Assembly (NCBI GenBank): GCA_000743035.1
Contig: CP008936.1
Location: forward strand, 600,001 to 632,000
Length of the DNA stretch: 32,000 bases
Source of the DNA: Candidatus Paracaedimonas acanthamoebae
GTDB taxonomy: Bacteria; Pseudomonadota; Alphaproteobacteria; Caedimonadales; Caedimonadaceae
Reading direction: 5' to 3'
The notes below the pieces were generated by a model. That model had not been told where the DNA came from, did not search any database, and was given only the letters and a program-made list of their open reading frames with translations. Positions 1 to 10,586 of this stretch are shown here, piece after piece; positions within the stretch are counted from its first letter, which is position 1; each line of letters starts with the position of its first letter. The position numbers and the translations under genes are program-made.

Positions 1-1
1 A

Positions 2-1160
2 TGGTATGCTGTCCGGGATGAAGCTTTTTATGCGGAGTCTGAACTTATTAATGGCAAAGCGCCAACAGGAGCAGATGTCGAGTGGGTAGAAGAGCCCAGC
101 TATTTCTTTAAACTTTCTTCTTTTCAAGAGCCTTTGCTTGCATTCTATCGGGATAATCCTCATTTTATTGGGCCAGAAACGCGACGGAATGAAGTTATTC
201 GATTTGTGGAAGGAGGTCTCAATGATCTTTCCATTTCACGTTCTTCCTTTAAGTGGGGAGTCCCCGTGCCGGATGATCCAGACCATGTCATGTATGTGTG
301 GGTTGATGCGCTTGCAAACTATATTACAGCTCTTGGGTATCCAGATGAAAATGCGGCTGATTTTAAAAAATTTTGGCCAGAAGCCCTCCATATTATTGGA
401 AAAGATATTCTTCGTTTTCATGCCATTTATTGGCCTGCCTTTTTGATGGCCGCTGGTTTAACACCTCCAAAGCGCCTTTATGCACATGGATGGTGGACCA
501 ATGAAGGACAAAAAAATCTCAAAATCTGTGGGCAATACAATCGATCCTGTTGAGCTTGTGGAAACTTATGGGGTGGACCAAGTACGTTATTTCCTTTTGC
601 GTGAGGTGCCTTTTGGCCAGGATGGAGATTTCTCCCGCACCGCTCTTGAGCAGCGTATTAATTCCGATCTTGCAAATGATTTTGGAAATTTAGCGCAACG
701 CGTTCTTTCATTTGTTTATAAGAATGCTGACGCAAAAGTACCAACACCATCTTCTTTTACCGAGCAAGATGAGATGCTTTTAAAGGCTGCACAAGAGCTG
801 TTGCCACGCTTGTGTGAGAATTTTGAAAAACAAGCACTTCACCGCATGATTGAAGCGATTTGGGAGCTTGTGGGAGCGGCTAACCGATATGTAGATGCTG
901 AGCAGCCTTGGGCTTTAAAGAAATCAGACACTGTGCGGATGGCGACAGTTCTTTATGTTCTCTTAGAGGTTTTGCGGCATTTGGCATTTTATGTGGCTCC
1001 CATCATACCGCAGACATCTGAAAGATTGCTGGCATTACTCGGTATTTCAGAGGCAAGCATTTCGTTTAAAGATTTAATTGAAAAGAAGCTTCAAAGTGGT
1101 GTGCAATTGCCGCAACCAGAAGGATTATTCCCCCGGATTGAAAAGGAGCGCAAAGAATGA
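2..1160 (+). CDS. metG: Methionine--tRNA ligase (MetRS), 5'-truncated by the window edge. As sequenced, the frame is broken by one extra A in an A7 run (510-516).
   Basis: The frame starting at nt 2 reads [39 protein letters not shown]...[12 protein letters not shown] and then runs out of frame to a stop at 553. The +1 frame continues [41 protein letters not shown]..., which is the class-I KMSKS loop plus the MetRS anticodon-binding domain. Deleting one A restores [16 protein letters not shown]. Confidence 0.9.
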
Positions 1161-1903
1161 ATCAAAAAAATGAGAAATTGATTGTTGCAAACTGGAAAAT
1201 GAATGGGACACTAGAATTTTCTAGGGATTTAGCTGCTGATCTTGCTGAAAAGTGGCATACAAGTTCATCTTCTCATCAAATTGTTGTATGCCCGCCGTTT
1301 CCTTATCTATCAATTACCTTAAATCGTTTATTTGGAACAAAAATAGCGTGTGGGGGGCAAGATTGCTCGAGACATGAAAAGGGGGCTTATACAGGAGAGG
1401 TTAGCGCTCTTATGCTGAAAGACATTGGGTGCAGTTATGTGATTATTGGGCACTCTGAGCGTAGACAGCATCATCAAGAGATAAACGAGCTTATTCATCA
1501 AAAAGCAGAAATTGCGCTTAAGTCAGGTCTAAAACCAATTATATGTATTGGTGAAACTCTCGCTGATCGAGAAGGGCAAAAGACTTTAAGAATTCTTGAA
1601 GAGCAGCTTCAGGAATCAGTACCTGATAGTGATCAAGAGTTTGCCATTGCTTATGAACCTGTGTGGGCGATTGGCACTGGTAAGACAGCAACGACAGCTG
1701 AAATTTTAGAAGTGCATACTTTTATCCGGGCATGGCTTCAAAAAAACCGTAGGAAAGCTTCAAGTACGCCAATCCTTTATGGAGGATCGGTGACTGAACA
1801 AAATGCACAAGAAATTCTTTCTCTTGAAAATGTCAATGGCGTGCTTGTGGGGGGTGCTAGCCTTAAAGCAGAGACTTTCTGGCAGATTGTGCGAGCAGCC
1901 TAG
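1157..1903 (+). CDS. tpiA: Triosephosphate isomerase
   Basis: Motifs ANWKMNG, IIGHSERR, AYEPVWAIGTGKTAT and YGGSV are present. The ATGA start overlaps the metG stop. Confidence 0.95.
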   Translation: MNQKNEKLIVANWKMNGTLEFSRDLAADLAEKWHTSSSSHQIVVCPPFPYLSITLNRLFGTKIACGGQDCSRHEKGAYTGEVSALMLKDIGCSYVIIGHSERRQHHQEINELIHQKAEIALKSGLKPIICIGETLADREGQKTLRILEEQLQESVPDSDQEFAIAYEPVWAIGTGKTATTAEILEVHTFIRAWLQKNRRKASSTPILYGGSVTEQNAQEILSLENVNGVLVGGASLKAETFWQIVRAA

Positions 1904-1952
1904 TACTGGGCTCTTTAAATGTGCAAAATAGCCCTAATAGCATTATGATGCT

Positions 1953-2237
1953 TCATTTGGTCTCAAATTCTTTTGTCTCCGTATTAGGGATAGCTGCAGA
2001 AGTTGAAGTGTTTCTTGTTGCAAGATAAGTTCTAATTTCTCCTAGGGTTTTATCACTCGTATCAGAATAACCTAAGGCACGATTACGTTCAATGATGACA
2101 AGGATCCTATAATTTTCTAAATCTTCTTCATCTAGGTTAAAATTATCACTAGCAATACTTGGTGAGAAAAAAAATAAAGCTGTTGCTATAAGGAGAGAAC
2201 TCAAAATAAAAGGTGATTTTATCACGCGTATTTCCAA
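1953..2237 (-). CDS. Hypothetical small secreted protein (94 aa, TTG start)
   Basis: It is the only ORF in the 570-bp gap between tpiA and secG. The N-terminus looks like a signal peptide (IKSPFILSSLLIATALFFFSPSIA/SD). No recognisable domain. Confidence 0.35.
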   Translation of the reverse strand: MEIRVIKSPFILSSLLIATALFFFSPSIASDNFNLDEEDLENYRILVIIERNRALGYSDTSDKTLGEIRTYLATRNTSTSAAIPNTETKEFETK

Positions 2238-2479
2238 TCATTAAAGCTAAATAGACTAAATGACATATTTAGGGGATAATAAATATGCTCCTTATTTTTT
2301 GCAAGAAATTTATACGCTAAATGCCATTTTAGTGACAAAGTCTCCTTAAAATAATGGAACATTTTACTTATTTTGAAAAACAATTCATGGTCAGCTAAAT
2401 AATCTCATTTCCCTCTAGCATTTTCTGAAAACTCTCTCTAAAATGCCGGCAACGCACATTATTAAGGATTTAATTTAAC

Positions 2480-2863
2480 ATGACAACAGTCGTACTTGTA
2501 TTTCATATTATTCTCGCCATTGCGATGGTGGGGATTATCTTGCTTCAAAAGAATGAAGGTGGGGGGCTTGGTATGGGAAGTGGCACCATGGGGGGCCTGA
2601 TGTCAACACGAGGAACAGCCAATTTATTGACACGGACAACAGCAATTTTAGCCGGTCTTTTCTTCCTGACAACGCTTTTGCTCGCAATTCTTTTTAAAGG
2701 AGCGCATAAAGCGCAATCCATTCTTGATCATCCAGATGCCACAAAACCTGCAATTGTAGTTCCTGTCGAGCCCGCAACGCCTCCTGTTGCAACTGAGAAT
2801 AAAACCCAACCAGAACCAGAAAAAAATGTTCCTGGGGCTGAAACAAATAAAGCTAAAAAATAG
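2480..2863 (+). CDS. secG: Preprotein translocase subunit SecG with a Pro/Thr/Lys-rich C-terminal tail
   Basis: The N-terminal TM helix followed by LLQKNEGGGLGMGSG and a second TM helix is the SecG signature. The tpiA-secG-pyrG neighbourhood is conserved in many bacteria. Confidence 0.85.
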   Translation: MTTVVLVFHIILAIAMVGIILLQKNEGGGLGMGSGTMGGLMSTRGTANLLTRTTAILAGLFFLTTLLLAILFKGAHKAQSILDHPDATKPAIVVPVEPATPPVATENKTQPEPEKNVPGAETNKAKK

Positions 2864-2872
2864 AATTAATAG

Positions 2873-5379
<2,507 letters not shown>

Positions 5380-5533
5380 AGAAAGTATTGAACTTTTTCA
5401 GAGCAAGGAAGCAAGCTTAACCTAAACGTACCGTTTCTCTTTCCTTGTATCCATTTAAAGGAAGTCTCCTTCCAAAGAAAGCTTTTTATGAAGCGCTTTG
5501 AAAGGAGCTTTTATAGAAAAGGAGTTAAATCAT

Positions 5534-6235
5534 CTATGATTGTTTTTTGTAATAGTATGGTATAGTAAGTTTTTTAGTCAAAGTTTCAAAACCAGCTGGT
5601 AAACCTTTTTCAAAGCCATACTTAGGAAAATAATGTTGTGTTGCTCCTGCTCGAAGATCGGAAAAAACATAATCAACAGATGTTTGCGGTAAGATAAAAT
5701 GTTTTAAAAAGGCATCTAAGCATACTTGAGCATAGCCTTTTCCTCCAGCGTTGAAGCCTGAGTTAACACTTTCAATAACAATGTAGTCTTTTTGGTCTTC
5801 TTGTTTAGGAAAATATTGATATGTAGCTGTAGAGAGGTAGCAAGCTGAGTCTTTTCTGACATCTGAGAACCCTGTTAAACCGCTCAAGCAAATTTTTAAG
5901 GGATTCGTTTTTCCATCATAAAGGGCAAACTCACCATAAGGTGAGGATTTCCGACAAACATTGGCGATAATAAATTCTTCTTCTTGCTTAGTTTTAGGGT
6001 TTATACATGAAACCTCTTTTAAGGTGATCCAAGGAAAATTTTGCTCAGGTGACGCAATATATTGCTCAAGGTTGAGATCTGGTTGTGAGGCCCGATTCCT
6101 TGCAGCTATTACAGTTTCCTCATCAAGATAACCAAACCAGTTATTATCTTCTCGAGCATTGGTCGCAAATGCATGCCCAGTTAATGTAAAGGCTAATAAG
6201 ATGGCAAAGTTCCTAAATTTCAATTTTTTCTCCAT
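5534..6235 (-). CDS. Secreted GNAT-like (acyl-CoA N-acyltransferase fold) protein, function unknown
   Basis: Signal peptide MEKKLKFRNFAILLAFTLTGHAFA/TNA. The C-terminal half resembles GNAT motif A/B: IVIESVNSGFNAGGKGYAQVCLDAFLKHF ... SDLRAGATQHYFPKYGFEKG. The family call rests on motif resemblance only. Confidence 0.6.
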   Translation of the reverse strand: MEKKLKFRNFAILLAFTLTGHAFATNAREDNNWFGYLDEETVIAARNRASQPDLNLEQYIASPEQNFPWITLKEVSCINPKTKQEEEFIIANVCRKSSPYGEFALYDGKTNPLKICLSGLTGFSDVRKDSACYLSTATYQYFPKQEDQKDYIVIESVNSGFNAGGKGYAQVCLDAFLKHFILPQTSVDYVFSDLRAGATQHYFPKYGFEKGLPAGFETLTKKLTIPYYYKKQS

Positions 6236-6954
6236 TGTCTAAAGAATAAGTTATTAAACAAAAAGGTTAACAATTATTTTGTCTTCCCTTAAGGATAAGC
6301 ATTTTAATAAAAATAGACTTTTTGTCAAATAAAATTTGTTTAGCTTTATTATAAGATAATTGAGCAAATGGTTAGGCCGCAGCTACATTAGTCATTCGAG
6401 AATTGTTAAGAAGAGTTTTTTATTTCTTGAGAAAAATAGTGTTTTAACTATTTCCTTTATATAAAAAACTTGATTTATGAAACTAAATATGGTAGCCTGA
6501 TAGTATAGATGGTTAGATGATTTTCATCTCTTATGAAAACCTAAAAGATCTTCATAATTCTTCCATAAAATCCAACTGTCTCATTAAAATAATAAGGGAA
6601 TTAAAAAAACCTAAGTTATTAAAGAGAATAAGCCTTTTAACGCTCTTTTTGAGCGAATACCCTCTCTTTGCCTTTTTCAGAGGTCGATTCCTCTGCAAAA
6701 AGAATAACTGAAGCGTCCTGATCAAACGCTTAACCCAGAAAATTTCGAATCTCTGGGGAGAGAAAAAGGTATGCCAACAGTTGAGTAAATGAGGATAATG
6801 ATAGGCATGTCGTGAAATGGAAGAAACGATCTGTCCTGACCTCAACCTCTCAAACAAAAGCAAAAGGCTTCCCAATTCCTTCCTGTGCACAAACTGCACA
6901 GGAAGGGAGAGGGGAAAACAATAAAAACAAGAAACATAAACAAGGAGATATAAA

Positions 6955-7281
6955 ATGATAAAAACACATGAACAAAAACCAAATGGTAAGAAAGAACTAG
7001 GGGCACAAAAACGTCTGGACCCATCAACAATCAAGAAAAGGGTGCTCAGTGCTGTTTTGAGGAGAGAAACAGGTTGTTTCAATCCCTCTCAAAGAGACAA
7101 ACGTATGAAGGTCTATCAACAGAGCTTCAACCGCTGGTGGGACCTAATCTTCGATCAGAAAGAAAAGCATCGCATGGCGATAAGAAAGATCTTGAAGTCG
7201 CATGAGATCCTAGGCACAGGGCCTAGGATGACGAAAGAAGAGAGTACTTTGAACTTATTGGTAAGAACTGAGTGGAAATGA
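6955..7281 (+). CDS. Hypothetical basic 108-aa protein encoded inside repeat copy A
   Basis: Consensus SD AAGGAGA lies 6 nt before the ATG (caaggagatataaaATG). The product is Lys/Arg-rich with no recognisable domain. Its last 29 codons lie in the shared 3' module, but substitutions there against copy B are mostly non-synonymous, so coding status is doubtful. Confidence 0.3.
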   Translation: MIKTHEQKPNGKKELGAQKRLDPSTIKKRVLSAVLRRETGCFNPSQRDKRMKVYQQSFNRWWDLIFDQKEKHRMAIRKILKSHEILGTGPRMTKEESTLNLLVRTEWK

Positions 7282-7305
7282 AAATGAATAAAGAAAAGAA
7301 AAAAA

Positions 7306-7410
7306 ATGTTGGGAAATAAAAAGTTATTAAATGACGAGCTTCAGGCCTATCACCCACAAAGTCATCCTTGGGCTTGTCCCAAGGATCTCAGGCAACCAGG
7401 AAAACGTTGA
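7306..7410 (+). CDS. Candidate 34-aa small ORF in the repeat 3' module (copy A)
   Basis: MLGNKKLLNDELQAYHPQSHPWACPKDLRQPGKR. The homologous position in copy B (22331-22465) keeps the ATG and frame without indels (MFGNKGMKTDELQAYHPQSHPRTCVGDLRQPG...). Across 34 aligned codons there are 5 synonymous and about 11 non-synonymous differences. There is no SD in copy A and an AGGA in copy B. Confidence 0.2.
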   Translation: MLGNKKLLNDELQAYHPQSHPWACPKDLRQPGKR

Positions 7411-7789
7411 AAGGTGCCATAAGGTTCTGAGCGTGCGGAAAAGGTATGGACCAAGGGGAGACGTGTGAAATGGTTGGGACTGTAGGGTGGATAAAGAAGA
7501 AAGACACTTTTAGGGTTCTTTTTTGGCAAAAAAATGGAAGCATAGAACTTCATCGAAAAGTCTCAAGTATGTACAGGTATAGAAGGAACCAATAGGATGG
7601 CTTGAAATTAGAAAACAAAAAGAAAAAAATTAAGATTTAAGGGCAGTTTATTAATAATAATTTAAAATTTATCAAATAAACAGGGAGAAGCATAAAGAGC
7701 AATTTTTTAAAAAACATTTAGGGGGAAAGGTTTCACCTCTTGACCCTTTTAAAGATTGTTTTCTATGCTTGGCTGGAAATGGAGACGTT

Positions 7790-9730
7790 ATGACATATAT
7801 TAAACACGCCTATAAAGCAAGGCTCGCAACCTTAACATCAGAAAAGTATGGAGAGCTTTATACGCAATCAATTAAAAATACTGAAGTATTTTGGCGCGAG
7901 CAAGCACAGCGTATTACATGGATCAAGCCCTTTACCAAAGTTAAAGATACTTCTTTTTACGCTGAAGATTTTCGGATCAAGTGGTTTGAAGATGGCACTT
8001 TAAATGTTGCTGCGAATTGTCTTGATCGGCACTTAGTAGAACGTGGGGACCAAGTCGCCATTATTTGGGAAGGGGATGATCCTCAAAAATCCCAAAAGAT
8101 TACCTATCGAGAATTATATGAACAAGTTTGCAAGTGCGCAAATATTCTAAAAGGATTGGGTGTTGAGCGAGGCGATCGGGTGACGATTTACCTTCCAATG
8201 ATCCCCGAGGCTGCCGTTGCAATGTTGGCTTGTGCACGGATTGGTGCGATACATTCTGTTGTTTTTGGGGGATTCTCGCCTGAGTCATTAGCAGGTCGGA
8301 TTGTGGATTGCGATTCTAAACTCGTGATTACAGCCGATGAAGGCGTGCGTGGTGGTAAGCTTATTCCGCTGAAAAGAAATGTGGATGAGGCGTTAGCAAG
8401 GCCAGAGGTCACTTCAGTTGAATCTGTGCTTGTTATCAAACGTACGGGAAATGTCGTGCCTTTTATGCACGTAAGAGACCATTGGTATAACGAATTGATG
8501 GCCAAAGCTGCACATGAATGCGTGCCGGCTGAAATGGGAGCCGAAGATCCTTTATTTATTTTGTATACGTCGGGGTCAACAGGCAAACCTAAAGGGGTGT
8601 TGCATACAACGGGTGGATATTTAGTGTTTGCGTCTTTAACGCATCAGCAGATCTTTGACTATCATCCCGGTGACGTTTATTGGTGCTCCGCCGATGTAGG
8701 GTGGATTACAGGTCACAGCTATGTTCTTTATGGCCCGCTTGCAAATGGGGCAACCACCTTAATGTTCGAGGGTGTGCCGACCTACCCGGATGCATCTCGC
8801 TTCTGGCAGGTTATTGATAAACATCAGGTGAATATTTTTTATACTGCACCTACAGCCATTCGGTCGTTGATGCGAGAGGGGGATGAAGCGGTCAAAAAAA
8901 CGAAAAGACGTTCTTTAAGGCTTTTGGGGTCGGTTGGTGAGCCCATTAATCCTGAAGCTTGGGAATGGTACTATCGCATTGTGGGTGAAGAACGTTGCCC
9001 CATTATGGATACATGGTGGCAAACGGAGACGGGCGGTATTTTAATTACACCTCTCCCTGGTGTTCATGACCTTAAGCCAGGCTCTGCAACACAACCTTTC
9101 TTTGGTGCAAAGCCAGCGATTGTTGATCTTCAAGGAACCATCCTTGAAGGTGAAGCAGAAGGGGCTTTGGTTATGCTTGATTCATGGCCAGGACAAATGC
9201 GTTCCGTCTATGGGGATCATCAGCGCTTTATTGATACTTATTTTAAAACTTATCCCGGTATGTATTTTTCGGGAGATGGAGCGCGCCGAGATCAAGATGG
9301 CGATTATTGGATTACCGGACGAATTGATGATGTGATCAATGTTTCGGGGCACCGGCTCGGAACAGCTGAGGTTGAAAGTGCGTTAAATACGCATCCTAAA
9401 GTGGTTGAAACGGCTGTGGTTGGTTTTCCGCATGAGATTAAGGGGCAGGGGATTTATGCCTTTGTCACGCTTCATAAAGGTGAAAAACCTTCTGAAGAGC
9501 TGAAAAAAGAACTCATCCAAGAGGTCCGTAAACATATTGGGGCGATTGCGAGCCCTGACATCATTCAGTGGGCTCCAGGGCTTCCTAAAACTCGCTCAGG
9601 TAAAATCATGCGGCGCATTTTGCGGAAGATTGCTGCGAATGAAATTGATAGTTTAGGAGATATCTCGACATTGGCTGACCCTGGTGTTGTTGAGGAGTTG
9701 GTAAAGGAAAGAAATTTAAGATTTTTATAG
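7790..9730 (+). CDS. acs: Acetyl-CoA synthetase (AMP-forming)
   Basis: [34 protein letters not shown] and [12 protein letters not shown] prefer the ATG at 7790 (GGAGA 5 nt upstream) over the in-frame TTG at 7769 used by the ORF track. Confidence 0.95.
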   Translation: MTYIKHAYKARLATLTSEKYGELYTQSIKNTEVFWREQAQRITWIKPFTKVKDTSFYAEDFRIKWFEDGTLNVAANCLDRHLVERGDQVAIIWEGDDPQKSQKITYRELYEQVCKCANILKGLGVERGDRVTIYLPMIPEAAVAMLACARIGAIHSVVFGGFSPESLAGRIVDCDSKLVITADEGVRGGKLIPLKRNVDEALARPEVTSVESVLVIKRTGNVVPFMHVRDHWYNELMAKAAHECVPAEMGAEDPLFILYTSGSTGKPKGVLHTTGGYLVFASLTHQQIFDYHPGDVYWCSADVGWITGHSYVLYGPLANGATTLMFEGVPTYPDASRFWQVIDKHQVNIFYTAPTAIRSLMREGDEAVKKTKRRSLRLLGSVGEPINPEAWEWYYRIVGEERCPIMDTWWQTETGGILITPLPGVHDLKPGSATQPFFGAKPAIVDLQGTILEGEAEGALVMLDSWPGQMRSVYGDHQRFIDTYFKTYPGMYFSGDGARRDQDGDYWITGRIDDVINVSGHRLGTAEVESALNTHPKVVETAVVGFPHEIKGQGIYAFVTLHKGEKPSEELKKELIQEVRKHIGAIASPDIIQWAPGLPKTRSGKIMRRILRKIAANEIDSLGDISTLADPGVVEELVKERNLRFL

Positions 9731-9894
9731 GAATTTTTAATCCATTTAAAGGAATGCCATCTATATTAATATGATTAAATGACATATATGTATGTATGTT
9801 GTATTTTCTTAAAAAATACGCTATACAAAAGCATCTCCTTGCCGGTATTGCCGGCTTTGTTGAGTTTTCAACCCATTAGCCATGAGGAGCTGAT

Positions 9895-10311
9895 ATGAAT
9901 AATTATGAAATCGTTTTTATTGCGCGTCAGGATTTAGCACCCGCGCAAGTCGAAACATTGGCAGAGAAGTTTTCTGGCATTATTAAAGATCAAGGTGGCC
10001 AAATTGTTCGCAATGAATATTGTGGTCTTCGAACACTTGCGTATCTTATTAAGAAAAATCGTCGCGGGCATTATGTTGTCCTAAATGCCACGGCATCTGC
10101 TGCAGCGGTTAAAGAAGTTGAGCGTGTGATGCGGATCAATGAAGATATCCTTCGTTTCCAAACGATTGCTGTTGAAGAACATGAAAAGGGGCCTTCAGCT
10201 ATTTTAAAAGCATCACGTTATCAGAGAGACGATTACGCGCCTTCTCATGAACGTGAGGGCCGAGATGCAGAAGAATCCGATTCCGGAACCGAAGAAGAAT
10301 TAGAAAGCTAA
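9895..10311 (+). CDS. rpsF: 30S ribosomal protein S6 with an acidic C-terminal tail
   Basis: [14 protein letters not shown]...[28 protein letters not shown] precedes the ATG. It sits in the rpsF-rpsR-rplI context. Confidence 0.95.
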   Translation: MNNYEIVFIARQDLAPAQVETLAEKFSGIIKDQGGQIVRNEYCGLRTLAYLIKKNRRGHYVVLNATASAAAVKEVERVMRINEDILRFQTIAVEEHEKGPSAILKASRYQRDDYAPSHEREGRDAEESDSGTEEELES

Positions 10312-10322
10312 GGAAGAGTATT

Positions 10323-10574
10323 ATGAATGATCCAATGTCAAAAGGTGGTCCTCGTCGTCATTTTTTCCGTCGTAGAAAGAGTTGTCCTTTTAGTGAACCA
10401 GGTGCGCCCAAGATTGATTACAAAGATGTGCGCCTTCTTCAGAAGTATATCTCTGAACGTGGAAGAATTATCCCAAGACGTATTACGTCTGTTAGCGCAA
10501 AACACCAACGTGATTTGGCAATTGCAATTAAGCGTGCGCGCTTCTTAGCTTTGTTGCCTTACGTTGTTCGCTAA
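10323..10574 (+). CDS. rpsR: 30S ribosomal protein S18
   Basis: [10 protein letters not shown]...[50 protein letters not shown]. Confidence 0.95.
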   Translation: MNDPMSKGGPRRHFFRRRKSCPFSEPGAPKIDYKDVRLLQKYISERGRIIPRRITSVSAKHQRDLAIAIKRARFLALLPYVVR

Positions 10575-10586
10575 AAAGCCGTTATT

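Larger units (their letters stand above)
6469..7425 (+). repeat. Bipartite intergenic repeat, long copy A. The 5' module is 6469-6673, the A-specific insert is 6674-7167, and the 3' module is 7168-7425.
   Basis: Colinear, same-orientation similarity to 21931-22144 and 22194-22448. Exact shared blocks include gagatcctaggcacagggcctaggatgacga (31 nt) and gacgagcttcaggcctatcacccacaaagtcatcc (35 nt). Confidence 0.85.

Noticed and set aside
5451-5463. Exact 13-mer tccatttaaagga shared downstream of kdsA (5451) and acs (9742), plus recurrent aaatgacatat motifs in intergenic DNA (2259, 9776, 18416 rc)
   Set aside because: In 32 kb of AT-rich sequence, several exact 11-13-mer coincidences are expected by chance. 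They may be -35-like ATGACA boxes, but there is no consistent -10 spacing.
6489-6520. tRNA-like D-arm resemblance (ggtagcctgatagtatagatggttaga) at the start of the repeat
   Set aside because: No acceptor stem pairing, anticodon arm or GTTCGAATC T-loop follows. I found no complete tRNA anywhere in the window.
6517-6711. 64-aa plus-strand ORF in the repeat 5' module
   Set aside because: The homologous frame in copy B (ATG at about 21979) hits a stop after 8 codons, so the 5' module is more likely non-coding.
6552-7082. 176-aa minus-strand ORF across repeat copy A
   Set aside because: It is antisense to a purine-rich stretch, so it translates to a Phe/Leu/Cys/Ser-rich low-complexity product. 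It has no RBS and no domain, and the frame is not preserved in copy B. I treat it as a shadow ORF.
7362-7553. 63-aa minus-strand ORF downstream of repeat copy A
   Set aside because: It has no SD before its ATG and no recognisable fold, and only its last few codons fall in conserved sequence.
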